Positions 50,598 to 63,548 of a DNA stretch of 64,000 nt are shown one piece after another. This DNA is from Lytechinus pictus (taxonomy: Eukaryota). Below the pieces are notes generated by a model. The model did no database searches and was not told the origin of the DNA. It was given only the letters and a program-made list of their open reading frames with translations. The DNA lies in NCBI RefSeq assembly GCF_037042905.1, contig NC_087251.1, forward strand, positions 22,260,001-22,324,000, given 5' to 3'. Every line of letters begins with the position of its first letter. Within the stretch, counting starts at the first letter, position 1. Position numbers and translations under genes: made by a program.

Positions 50598-53500
50598 CCA
50601 TAGGGTAACGCGCCCGGTATTCGGTCACTTAAGGGGAAATCGCCGGTAAAATAAATACCTACCTCATTTATTTGTAAATCCACCAACCAGGAGAAAGAAA
50701 AAATTGTCCTCTTTCAGATTATTGAACTCATTTGGAATATTGAATATTGTTGAACAAAATATTGCCGATAGACCGAGGTGGTGTTTTCCGCCCAGTATTC
50801 GGTCACGCCGCCCAGAATTCGGTCGCGCGAAAATGCGCGATTTATCTAATGTTAACTATTCGACTTTCTCTTATGCTTACTGTTTTTTATTCCTTTTATG
50901 TGATCTCCACATCTTAATTATACATTTCTAGTGTTTATTTTTTAAATAATAGTAACAATTAAACCTAATTAATCCACTAGAAATAACAGAACAGGTGGAA
51001 GAATTTAGACTGAACGGTATTGTTTGAAAGTTCGCCATGTGATGGCGTAAACTGAATATATATGTTTCATTATTCATTCTATGAAAATACATGTTCAATA
51101 TAACTTTTGTATTTTTTTTCTTCTCTCTTTTACAGGCAAAACTCCTTTTGTATTATTTTACTTTGTTTATGATTTATAATTTCCTACTTTCAATCACTTG
51201 TTTTGCTTTGCGACGTTACATTTTTTTTCTGTTTTGTTTTGGTATTTATATAATCCCAACTTGCATGGTTTCTTACCTATTTGCCGTTTTCATATTCCTA
51301 TGCGTGCCCCGGATGCATGCTCGTTTGTTTATTGATTTTGTGTTCTTATACTTTGTTTATGATTTTCAATTTCCTACTTTCAATCACTTGTTTTGCTTTT
51401 CGATGTTATGTTTATGTTGTTTTTGTGTTTTGTTTTGGTTCATTCCAACTTGCATGGTTTCATACCCGTTTGCCGTTTTCATTTTCAGATGCATGCTCGC
51501 TTGTTTGGGGTTGTTCTGTTTTTGTTTGAGGGAGTCTTTAATTATTTTGGTCTGTTTATTATTATTTTTTTTTGCTTATTTGGTAATTCAGTACAGTGGG
51601 GAATCAAAGTGGGGAGCAAGGTCCGTGTACCCGTAATTCCCGTTTCTTTTTACATGATAAAAGTGTCAAACTAAGGGGGCTCATCCCTGGATCCGCTACT
51701 GAGTAGAATTTATTATTTTGGAGATACTTATGTTCATAATTTTCTAAAATCATATTTTTAATCTGCCATCCCGATAGTCCCGATAGTCATTCATGAAAAT
51801 CTATCAAATAACTTGGTTTTTGTTTTTAGTCGCTCCAGTCAATCACCAAAAGATAATCAGCCACACAACCCATGTCAAATAGTAGATCAACACTAGCTCA
51901 TTCAAACTATGGGCATCGGAGAAGAGGATTATCTTTTGTATTTTTTAGGGGGTGGATGCAACAATAGAGGTCCCCAATGAACATTAATCCTCTGCTCTGC
52001 TGACCATATCAATCCCTCTCGTTAAGATTATATACATTTTCAATCACTCAGAGTTTTTAATACAACAATCCAAAACGGAATCAACCAGAAAATGGCGTAG
52101 CATCATCGTTTCAGTCAATCTCATTACAGACAAAGAGTCAAATGGGCAACATGTTATTGAAACTTAACGTCTTTGCAGTCAAGATGTTGTTTATTTTTTT
52201 CAGTCTATGAAATGAAAGGCAAGGTGAATGTAGAATTAATACAAATGGCAAATAGGTTTCATACTCGTGTCTTTCATAAATGGAAAGAAATCAATAAATC
52301 AAATACTCTGTAACAAAATTTACTGTTTGGCCATCTACGTACAATACATAAAATTTATATAAAATTAAGAATGATATGAATACAAACAATAGAATGTAAA
52401 AATCAATCTTGCACTGCAAAATAATTAGTACCAGGGCGTAACAACTGCGTAGAATATATATTTTCTTTGTCATTTTTTGGATTTAATATTAGTTTAAATT
52501 TTTTACAATCAAATTAATGGCTCAATGATACTTATAAGATCTACGTCGGCCTCCGATATAGGGGAAGCGAAGAGGAAATTTTGATTTCATATCATTCCTT
52601 TTATAAATCAAACAAAGTTTTAGGGAACATTGTGATATAAGAGGTCATTGAAGACTATGTTTAATTCACTCAATGCTAAATCTTTCTTGAATACAAGTGT
52701 GGTACGCCTTCTTGATGAAACAATTTGAATGAAGTTAATGTACATAAATTAATTTCATCATATTGGCCTTCATCTATTATTCTTACACTATCCTTTTCAT
52801 AATTATGCTTATTGTTTTATTGCAACTTCCTTCAACATCATCATTTACCGGTTCCATATTAAAACACAAAACTACTGCCCTCGCTATTGTCATTTCCTTT
52901 ACTACATCAATGGTCCTTTAAATCCCCCGAAAATGAACGAGAAAAATTCAGAGGGAAAGAAAGACAAAATAACGACGAGACCGACAATTAATTTTGAATC
53001 ATCTGCTGTAACTCTAGTCTCTTCACCCCGAATTTTGCCATCCGCTGTTCCCATGCCGCCAAATTTGCTTCCATAGCAACGGACAGGTAAGGGCTGGAAA
53101 CATGCAGTGATTTTACTGGTGTCTTCCCATCGATCTGTGGAGAAACTGGTAAGGAAAATTTTTAGAACATTTGAATTACACAGCATGATGGAAATTACCG
53201 ATCGATAATGATAATAGTAATTTAAGTTAAGAGTATGGTTAAGTAAATAAAAAGATGTAGACCTACTTTATCCCTATGCGTTGATCTAGGTATCCCATAT
53301 ACCTCAGTCGCCCTCCTTTACATCTTGTCTACCATCCAATACCGAGTTGTCAACCTGCTGTTGGATATACTGTTAGTAAAGATTTTGATATCTGTTTGAA
53401 AAGTCATTGAAAGTATGAACTCAAAGAATTTAAAATTGATATTAGACGAAAGGGACATTTTATTAATTCTATAAATCACTTTAGGCCTAACTCGGGCAAC

Positions 53501-53907
53501 TGAATTCCAATTGAATTCACAACAGGTTACAGGTAACTGTCTGATAATTCTAACCGAATTCGTCAACATGATTGTTATCCAGTTTCGATTGATGTTATTA
53601 GCAATGATGACGATATTAAAAGGCCCCTTATTTTAAATTAAAACGACCAAAAAAATCAGCCGCAGACCTTTGATATGTGAGGGACGGGCAAAATTGAGGG
53701 GCAATTTTCCAGCCTTTGATCTAGCAATGACGTCTTTTAAAATAACACTCGTGGGAGAGCCTTTTTTCTTTTTTTTTCTTGGGGGGTCCATCCTCCCTGG
53801 AACCGGATGTATTATTCAAATTAATAATAACATTGAAAATAACACAGTTTAACTATTGAGGTTGAGTTTGACTATTGAGGCCAAAAAGGAAATCACTAAG
53901 ACTTAAT

Positions 53908-54298
53908 CTCAATCACGCAAAGGCAATATCAAAATGAGCACTGGTCAAATTCGCTAACTTCGTCACCATCGTCATTCATCTGCTCATATTGCATTTTCAC
54001 AGGCAATAAACATCTTTGTTTTAAGGATTTTTATTAATAAAAATAATTGTAGGTATATTCTTAACTTATTTAGGCCTAACGTAGGCACATCATTTGCCTT
54101 ATCATTTGAGAAAGATGTAGATTTCAACTCAATCACGCAAAGGCAATCAAAATGAGCCTTGGTCAAATTCACCAACTTCGTCACCATCGTCATTCACCTG
54201 CTCAAATTGCATTTTCATAGGCAATAAACATCTTTGATTTAAGATTTTTATTCATGAAAAATAATTTTAGATATATTCTAAACTTATTTAGGCCTAAC
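53908..54298. repeat. Two-copy direct repeat, period about 220 bp
   Basis: ctcaatcacgcaaaggcaat...aacttatttaggcctaac at 53908-54080 and 54128-54298. Confidence 0.9.
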
Positions 54299-54680
54299 AG
54301 AACAGAAAATGATTTAAGATTGGTGTTTCACTTGCGAGGAGCAACGTGTCTGCACGCTCTTCCCTCCTCACAAACACACCGGCAAGATACTCAATGTTGC
54401 GCGACCGAATTCTGGTCGAGCGCCCTCTCACTGTAGGGGCAATGTATATAAGCCCTCGCTACTCGTCAGTTTCACTGCTAGTTGCATATTCGCTGCGACT
54501 GGGTGAACACACAAGTCTTCCCCTTCACACTCGTACCAAATTCATTACACCTACACACAAAGTCATGACGTCACAAGAGTTTACTTGAGGCTGCGTACGT
54601 TTAACTCAATAGCTAAGAAACCCGGAAGTAAACAAAACCCCCCCGATGCGGTCAATTTTAAGGTTAGTTTTTGGCTGTGT

Positions 54681-55098
54681 CAGTAGAGGCGCTGGTCCAA
54701 AAATTGGGATTGTCCCAGAAAACGAGGATATCCTCATAAACCAAGACAAATCATGTCTTGATAAATTGAGACTGTCCTTGTTTATGGGGACGTTTTTTTT
54801 TCACTTCCCCCAACGGGACAAAGACAGCAATTACGGGAATTGAAAGTGCTAAAAATAGCTTCAGTGACCTCAATTCCCCCCAGTTCACCATCTATTTTTC
54901 ATGACTTACTGTCTTCCAATAATCTTGTTATGAAACCCGATATGTTTACATTGACTAGCACACTTGATTGGTGTCGGCACTTGACAGGTGAATGAACTTT
55001 CCTAGATTTCTTGTGTGAAGAAATCCTTATAAAGTTATAAACTGAGACAGTCCCTGTAAACTGGGACGATCCCAATTTTCTGACCAGTGCCTCTACTG
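54681..55098. mobile_element. hAT-like MITE
   Basis: TIR of about 38 bp, CAGTAGAGGCGCTGGTC...GACCAGTGCCTCTACTG; TSD not clean. Confidence 0.7.
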
Positions 55099-55628
55099 TG
55101 TGTGCTTGTCTTAATCGACCTTTTTTTTGAGGTGGGCTGGAAGTGCTGGTTTCTTGCATGATATGCCAAAGTTTTCTGGCTCATGCATTATTATTTTTTT
55201 TTCAATAGCTGTTGAAACAGCTGTCTGACCGAATTCTGGGAGGTGACCGAATACCCGGCGCGTTACCCTACTTCAGTACTTGTTTTTAAAGATCGTGATG
55301 TTGCATGAATTTTGTATTTTGTCCGGATAAAATCCCACCTTTTATCACTCGGAATATCCGATCGAGTTCATGGTCTCGAAGTTCGGGTAGGTGAAGCGTA
55401 GTGTAGCGGTAGTAGTGAAGTGGAGTGGAGCCTGCACGAACTTCGCTCGAGGTAGCCATGCCCATGCCCATGGCCATGGTAAGCAAAATGTTGAAATGGA
55501 AGTCATGGATGATGGAAGTGAAGAGCTAGTTAAATCAATTGTATACGGTACCACTAGTACTAGACCTACAACGAGAATATGAAATACATACAAATAAATC
55601 AACGGAAATTATTTTCCTGAGCTCTTAC

Positions 55629-55643
55629 CAATATTCTATTCAT
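55629..55643 (-). CDS. COX7A: COX7A (cytochrome c oxidase subunit 7A, 7A2-like) coding exon 1: MNRIL
   Basis: Minus strand reads aaaccATG AAT AGA ATA TTG|gtaaga: good Kozak context and a phase-0 donor that joins in frame to exon 2. A very short first coding exon matches vertebrate COX7A2 gene structure. It lies next to a CpG-rich NRF-1 site. Confidence 0.8.
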
Positions 55644-55810
55644 GGTTTAACAGACAGTCGTTTAAGATTTAATTTCAGCAAAACAACGTCGTATGACACG
55701 GTATGACACCAGTCTCAGCAAATAATGGCCGACTACAATTTCTATGAGCGCGCATGCGCTACAGGCGCTAGGCCGGTACGGTGTACGTGTACGTGTGTAC
55801 GTAGCTAGCG
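55644..55810 (-). promoter_or_regulatory. COX7A 5'UTR and core promoter with NRF-1 (P3A2-type) palindrome
   Basis: GCGCATGCGC at 55750-55759 and YY1-like AATAATGGCCG at 55721-55731 in a CpG-rich patch about 110 bp upstream of the ATG. NRF-1 and YY1 are established regulators of nuclear COX genes. Confidence 0.65.
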
Positions 55811-55864
55811 GCGGATTTGGTTCCACCAGATATCGTTCTAAATGGCCGAAACCGTTTTTAATCG

Positions 55865-56020
55865 GAACCGTAGCCGAGTGGTCTAAGACGCCTGACTACG
55901 CATGAAAAAGTACGGGGTTCGATCCTCGACCGCGGCAGCTACGGCATTGAATCTACAATGCTCTTTTACCTAAAATAAATGGAAATGCTATATGCATTGT
56001 TGGTAACTAAGTGTGAACTT

Positions 56021-56052
<32 letters not shown>
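55865..56052 (+). mobile_element. tRNA-derived SINE with long poly(A), divergent from the COX7A promoter
   Basis: TAGCCGAGTGG A box, GGTTCGATCCTC B box, same 3' body and an A-tail. Confidence 0.8.
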
Positions 56053-56056
<4 letters not shown>

Positions 56057-56234
56057 CTTTCTGAATCATCACTTCTACAGGTTTCATTTTGTAGCAAGTG
56101 ATAAATAATCTTTCTGTAGCAAATACGAATAAACATATAAGCATTTATTTTTTTAAAGTGAAAAAGTAGGAGATTTGTGAGAACGGAGTAGTAATTTGTT
56201 CAGCCTTCAAATTATCAAAAAACTAAGCTGGATG

Positions 56235-56442
56235 CACTCTAAAAATTCGCATGTTAAATCAACATTTGAAAGGTTGGAGGAGTGACAACCTTTTCCAAAT
56301 GTTACATCCAACCTTGTATAAAGCTGAATCCAACATTTAAAGTGTTGGGTAGAAACATTTAAAGTGGTAAATGCAACATTTAGAAAATGTTGTCACTCCT
56401 CCAACCTTTCAAATGTTTAGTTAACATTTCTTTTTTAGAGTG
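56235..56442. mobile_element. CACTC-ended MITE with 2-bp TG duplication
   Basis: CACTCTAAAAA...TTTTTAGAGTG; inner IR aacatttgaaaggttggaggagtgacaac. Confidence 0.8.
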
Positions 56443-56490
56443 TGGAAATCCATATTGGTCTCGAGGAAACAACCGAAAACATACAATTAC

Positions 56491-56790
56491 CAGAAGCGGA
56501 TCTAGAGGGGGGGTGGGGGGGGTTGCAACCCCCCCAAAAAAAATCCGGGGACCATTTTTTTAAATCTTATCTTTTTTTTTAAACTTGTAATTTTATTTTA
56601 TTCTATTTTTATGTATTTACACACAGATTTTCAAAAATTTTCCCTACTGTGGGAGGGGGGACACCCCCCTCCCACACCCTCCCCCCTCGCTCGCTCCGCT
56701 CGCTTGGACTCGGTCGCTTGGACTCGGTCGCTACGCTCCCTCGCATACCACCCCAACCCCCCCCTTTATAAAAAGCTGGATCCGCCCCTG
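56491..56790. mobile_element. GGCGGATCC-family MITE with 5-bp flanking repeat ATTAC
   Basis: CAGAAGCGGATCTAG...CTGGATCCGCCCCTG; ATTAC at 56486-56490 and 56791-56795. Confidence 0.7.
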
Positions 56791-59014
56791 ATTACTTAAT
56801 CATTTTGCTAATAAAATATTTAATATATCAAGGGAGAGGGAAGGGTAAACCACCAACTCCTGAAGAGATAAAGGAAAAGTTACTTATTAGCAAAGAAGAA
56901 GAAAAGAAAATTGCATTAGAGCGTAATACGTCAACGCGACACTATAAAAAATGGGAATATTTAAAGGTTTTAAACATTAACCAAAATAAAAAGGATGGGG
57001 AAGGGAAGGGTGCCCCTCGTCTGCCCGTGCATGGAATCGATCGATCACTGTCACTGTAAACTGATGACCTATGTCCTGTCTGTTATTGGTTCGTTTTTTT
57101 TTTTTTCGTTTTCCTTTTGTTCAGGACTGTCTTTTGTTTTCTCTCTCTCTCCTTTATGTGTATGGTGTTTTTTCTGCATGTCTATTTCTCCTGTTTGTTG
57201 TTGTTGGTGTGTTAGTTTGTTCAGCTTTGGGGTCTGATAGGGGGGGGGGGCTCATGGGACGGGAGAATGCTCATATACATTCATTCTTTCAATTTGTGTA
57301 GTTGTTACGTCTTTGTTTTATTATTTGCTTTAGCTGCATACATTAGTTGAAATGTTATTTTTGCATGATTTTGGATTTATATGTCTCTGTTCTGATACAA
57401 TTTGCCTGCTATGTTTATTACACTGTTGCACTGCTGCAATTATCATTTTGTTTTATATTTTCTTGATTATGTATGTATGAAATTTATTTGAATGAATAAT
57501 AAAGATCACTACAAAAAAAAATATCCGCCTGGTTTAACGCAGCTTGATGTTTGCAGATTTGGTTCCTCGGCGGATTTGGTTCTATTGACTATACGTTTGA
57601 TATTGATTTGGACAGACAAAGCGCGCGCATGTGCGGCTCTGGCAATGTCGATCGCAATGGGGGGGGGGGGGGGGGGGGGGGATTCAGGGGCGGATCCATA
57701 CAGCTTTTGACAAAGGTCTCGATGGGGATGAGGATTAATAGGAGAAATAAAGTCTCGATATTTCATGTATTACATAGACCTGGCACATACGCCAAAACTA
57801 TGCTATTTATAATGATAAGATTTTGATGAAATTTTCATCATTTTGTTTTGTGAATTTTTATACTATTTTCAGTCCGCAGAATGCATCGATCTCTTTAACT
57901 GTGCTTTTTCACACCATGTTTAGTGTCAGTTTGCCAGACTGTTTGGCGAAAATGTGCACCCCATATAGGCCTATAGGTATTTGAAACTACAAATGTTTAG
58001 AAAAATTTTAACAAGTTAAAACTTCATATTTCAAAATAAATGATCCAAATTAGTGTATGAAAATATGTTTTGCTGTTAACTCATATTGTCGCTTGTAGAA
58101 TGCTAATTTGTGGTGAAAACATAAATTTTATATTTCTAACAAACATAAAAAAAAAAAAGAATGTCAAAACGTGATCAATTTCTTACTTTTTTTTTTTTTT
58201 TTTCAATGTTAAGGAAGCTGAATTAATCAAAGGGGACCGGAAGTTCACCCTGACAAAAGTTAGATACGCCACGTACTGTTTGGTGCTCCCTAATTTACCT
58301 CTCAGTCATCTAATTTAAAGATCAATATGGGATCTTTAGTGAAATATTATTTCTCCTTTATATCTTTTGTTTCTCACTATACCCCCTCCTGGTTTTCATT
58401 TCTTTAATTTTTGCCTTTCTTTCTGTCCCTGCATGCTCATTTCGCCCCTTGGCCTCTTTTCCAGTTTCGTAATCTTTCTGGCACATTATGAATATATCTG
58501 GGGCGTATACGCGTGGGTAATATAGCACCAAAAAGGAGAAATAGAAAGAGGACGGGGAGGGAGAGAAAATAGAAAAAGTATACGAGGAAATGTGGAGGAA
58601 ATAATAGTAATACATTGGAATTTCGTAAATCAAGAATTTCATTTGCAGTGATCATTATTTATACTTCCCTTTAGAAAGCTTATTACAAAATACTGATTTT
58701 AATTATCGAAACTGCCATTGTTTGCCTTTATTTAATACTCTGTATTAATCATATTAATTGATGCATATTGTGCCCAATTTATCCCTAAAATTGTGATAAG
58801 GATTTTTCATACTGCAATAAATTAATAGGTATAAAATAAATTAAGTTATTTGATTACAAGCATAATTATCATATCTTGGGGTGAATTCTTTGTATACTAT
58901 AGTAGTGCAGCAGACATTGACAGTTGAATGAAGACTAAATGTGGACTATTAAAGACCCAGACCAGACCCCAAAATTTATTGACAAATCAGACAAATCGAA
59001 AGCTATTAATTCAA

Positions 59015-59609
59015 AGGTCAAATCCAGCCCAGAAATTTTTTGATTTGAATAAATAGAGAAAAATAAACTAGCATAAATGCTGAAAATGTCATCAAAATCG
59101 ATGTAAAATAAGAAAGTTTTAAACTTTTGCTTATTTACCATAAAACAGTTACATGCACAACTCAGTGACATGCAAATGAGACAGTCAATGATGTCCCTCA
59201 CTCACTATTTCTTTTGTTTTTTATTGTTTGAATTATACAATATTTCATTTTTTACAGATTTGACAATGAAAGTTAACTTGACTGAACCATATATCATTAG
59301 AATAATGCTAATTCCATGTGTTCAGGGAGAAATTAATCTTTGTTCCACCTGACAATGAGGAGAAAATTCGAATATTTCACATTTCATACAATAAAATACA
59401 AAAGAAATAGTGAGTGGATGACGTCATCAGTCTCCTCATTTGCATACCGACCAGGATGTGCATACAACTGTTTTGTGAAAATAAGCAAAACTTTAAAATG
59501 TCATAACTTTCTTATTTTACATGCGATTTTGATGAAATTCTCAGTGTTTTACTAATTGGATATTTCCCTTTTTATTCAAATCAACTTTTAGTTGGGGTGG
59601 ACTTGTCCT
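59015..59609. mobile_element. Kolobok-like MITE with long inverted arms
   Basis: TCAA|AGGTCAAATCCAGCCCA ... TGGGGTGGACTTGTCCT|TTAA. Confidence 0.8.
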
Positions 59610-59932
59610 TTAAACTAAAAACAGAAATGCAAGTTTTATGCAGTCATTGCTTACAGCTGAATATTTTGCTTAAGAATAACTCCAATTATCGGGTTTCGAA
59701 AATATACTTTCTTGTAAATGCTTTCACCGGCCACGCACCGAGACCGTGACGTCATGCAGTGTTAGAAGTGATGTAATTTCATGGAGTTGTAACAAGAAAA
59801 TGGGTTATTTTCCCCTTTCGGATTACGCATTTTATATTTTCACTCCTATCACATAGAGATATCATAAATATCTTTTTCTGCAAGCTGTAATTGATGAAAT
59901 CTACCGCTTTTGACTAGTTTTCTCGTACCACG

Positions 59933-62830
59933 CAGTGGCGTAGCTACGGGGGGGGGGGGGGGGGGGGGGGGCACGTGCCCCCCTGAGATTTGGTGTGCCC
60001 CCCCAGGTGCCCCCCCTAAAAAAAATTGGCGGAGCCAAAAAAAAGGGAGAAAGAAAAGAAAAAGAAGGGGAAAGACAGAATGAAAAAAGAAGAGGAAAAT
60101 AAGAGGAGGAAGACGAGTGCATAAAATAATTTTGGAGGAAGACTTGTAAAAAAAAATCTTTCATGTTACTAAATAAAATTTTCTCTCGCGCTTTGCGCTC
60201 GATAAGATTCATAACTTGCTCTATAGGCTCATATGGAGCTTAAAAAATATCAAGTTTTGAAGTCAATGTACAAAACATATTTGAGCTCCGACATCGAGCT
60301 TTATATTTTTTTATATTTACAAATTTAATGCACTCTGTAAAATGTTCGTTAATATGGTCTACATATCAACATTTTAAACTGACGCTGCATGGTCGCATTA
60401 TTTGATTTGCCAAGTTTCTATTGTCTATGTTTATTCCATAAAGTTCTCAAAATATCAATTTTCAGATGTGACTGTCAAAACCAGTGGCGTAACTACGGGG
60501 GGCATGGGGGGCACGTGCCCCCCCCCAATCGGCTGACCAAAAAAAAAAAAAAAACGGGGAAAAGGAGAAAAAGAGGGAGAAAGGAAAAGAAGTGGGAAAG
60601 AAGACATTATTGTTCATTATAATGTTATATCAGATCATAATTATGTTATGTTATATTACATAAGAAACATTTTTTTCATAACTTTATGAAACATAATTTG
60701 CTCAGGGCCTATGTCTTCATTGTTCCTGGTGCTCGCATTGTCTGTTTACCGAGATCTATAATCCTGTTATACTAAAACCTCCCGTTTTCAAGTCAATATA
60801 CACCAAACTGCCAAATATATTTCCTCGCAATTCGAGTTATTATTGTTTTATGTACAATAGTATGCTTCTTTTTCATGACTACTTAAAGTGATTGCTCCAT
60901 TAATATAAACATTTCCTGTCCGTGCTTACGTTCGCAGTAGTGGATTGGTGAAATATGTCTGCTCTCCATGAATTCCTAGAATCAGTCCTTAAAATGTCCC
61001 TTTTTCTAATCTGAATATCAAAAATTTTCAGCTCGCGCTTCGCGCTCGCATCATTTGGTTAGTGAACTACGTATGGTCTTCGTGAATTCCTACAAACAAG
61101 CCTTAAAATGACCCTCTTCAGGTCTGAATTTCCTAAATTTTCAGCTCGCACTTCACGCTTGCAATATTTTATTAGTGAGATGGGTATGTTAATCATGATT
61201 ACAAGTGCTTTATGTGCATGTTTAGATGTAATTCTAACAAAATCAGCAAGCGCTTATTGGCACTCGCATTAGATGACTATGGTGAGATGTGTATACTCTT
61301 AATGGATTCCTAAAATATAGTCCTTAAAATCTTCCTGTTTGGGGGTCAATATTTACAAAAATTTCAGCTCACGCTTCGCGCTCGCATTATTTAGCCAGAC
61401 AGGTACGTATCATGATTACAAAAGATTGATTATAATGTCCCTTTTTAGGTCTGAATATCAAAAATTTTAAGCTCACGCCTCGCGCTCGTATTATTTGACC
61501 AGTGAGAGACATATCCGTTTAATGGCACTGTCCTTAAAATGTCTCTATTAGGTCAGTATACCTGGCAACTGGGCGCGCTTCGCGCGCTCACTTAGTGACT
61601 CAAATTTTTTTCTGGTGCCCCCCCCAATGCCGTGACCCACGGTACGCCACTGGTCAAAACGTACGCCTATTTAGCGCTGCGTGCTCGCATTTTGATTGGT
61701 GAGTACTCTATATCAATTCTATACATGTATAAGCAAACAAAAACCCTAGGCCTTTTCATTACATTTTATTAAAAAAAAAATCAGCTCGCGATCTGCGCTC
61801 GCATTAATTGTTAAAAATGTATTAACCATTGTAATACGTATTCATTATTTAAAAATTCTTAAAATTTCTAGTTTTCAAGCCTTAAAACCAACAATTCCAC
61901 ACTGTCACTACGCATATTAGATTAACAAATAAGAAAATGTCATTTTGATGAATTCCTATTAACTAATTTGGGTCTTTTCAGAATGGAATATCGACAAGCT
62001 TAGGAATAATAGGACGATAGTCATCATTTTCATATGACAAAATGTCCTTAAAATGTCCCGGTCCTTTGCTAAAACAAGAACAAAAAATATATCAGCTTGC
62101 GCTTCGCACCATTCATTAAGTGTGATCCACATCCACTTCTCAATTTTCTTACACAGTACTTGAAATAGTGTTAAAATTTACCTTTTTTAGATTGTAATAT
62201 CAAATATTTTCAGCTCGCGCTTGCATTATTCATGTTATTGATCTTCATGATTAAAAAATGTATTCAGAATGCCCAGATTATAGGTCTAAATCTAAAACTA
62301 AAACGCGCGCAAGCATGTTTATTGAGACAGCCTGCATGTTCTTTATCTAAAATATGCTTAAATTATCCAGTTTCAGATCAGAATATCAATAATTGTCTGC
62401 TTGCGCTTCACGCTCGCATTATAAATAATACCAAATTAACCACATCCTATATATATTCATGATTTACTTTTAGGTCTAATATCTCAATTTTCTTCCGCTT
62501 GCGCTTCGCGCTCGCATCAATTGTTTAGTTACATACCTATCCAATTTATGATTACAAAAAGTGCTTAGAATACCCATTTTTTAGGTTGGAATGTCAAAAG
62601 GTTTTAGCTCGCGCTTGGCGCTCCCATTATTGAAATATGTACCCTATTTGTGGGTAGCTGTAAACAGTCCTTAACATGTCTCTTTCCGATCATGCTAGAA
62701 CATTTATTAAAAATTTATGCTCACGCTTGGCATTCGCAGTAATTATCTAGTTACATACGCATCTTGTTCAGGGTCACAAACATTGCCCAGAATGTTAAAT
62801 TTTCAGGAAAAAATACATGAAAGAAAAAAA
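59933..62830 (+). mobile_element. Older hAT-like element with a gctcgcgcttcgcgctcgcatt tandem array (right end not seen)
   Basis: CAGTGGCGTAGCTACGGGG start; degenerate internal units; right boundary approximate. Confidence 0.6.
60482..61652 (+). mobile_element. Complete hAT-like non-autonomous element nested in a relative
   Basis: TIR CAGTGGCGTA/TACGCCACTG; perfect 8-bp TSD GTCAAAAC (60474-60481, 61653-61660). Confidence 0.9.
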
Positions 62831-63391
62831 AATAGACAGGGCGTCACTAACGTTAGGCCTTTTCCAGGGGGGGGGGGGGGCTTGAATAGGCGTACCGATA
62901 GGCCGAAGAGCTTCTTTTGAACGAAAGTGGGATGAAAAATCCTCATTTTTTTGTCTATTATTGAAATCAAATAAAAAAATGTTTGAAAGTTATACAGGTA
63001 CCACTAATGAGATAATTATGTTCAACTTGTAATGAAAGTGAAATAATCAAAGAAACCAAACACTTTTACAGTCAAATTAATGTTCGTGTTCCATAAAAAA
63101 AATGATGTGTTTTCAAGGCTTTCCATTCTATCATGCAGATCTGATATCTAAAGGTATATCAGGTTAAAATATATTTCAGATGAAAATGGTTAATTGAAAA
63201 CAGATGCACATTTGAAAAGTACAGGTCTCATTTCATGGAATTTAGACTGACAGATAATAAATATATTTGAGAAAATTTCGCCTTGTTGGAAAAGGCATAT
63301 GCATTTTAACCGACGAAAAGAAAAGGGAAAAAATCTATTCACTGTTTCGGGCAAAATTGTCCATGTAAGTGAACTCGTCTCAAAAAGATTA

Positions 63392-63548
63392 TATAGAATA
63401 TATTCTCAATTCCAAACTAGAAGTTACTCCTGTAGGATATAGTACATTTTCTTTGCCTAAGAAAAACTTTTTTCAATATCTCTAACGATTCTTTTAACCA
63501 ATTACCTCCAGGAGTAACTTCCAATTTGAAATTGAGAATAGTTCTATA
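63392..63548. repeat. Inverted repeat / MITE remnant
   Basis: tatagaatatattctcaattccaaactagaagttactcctg ... caggagtaacttccaatttgaaattgagaatagttctata. Confidence 0.65.

Larger units (their letters stand above)
50603..55268. mobile_element. 4.7-kb TIR element with TA flanks and no transposase ORF
   Basis: ta|GGGTAACGCGCCCGGTATTCGGTCA ... TGACCGAATACCCGGCGCGTTACCC|ta; cccagaattcggtc subterminal motif inverted at both ends. Confidence 0.7.
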
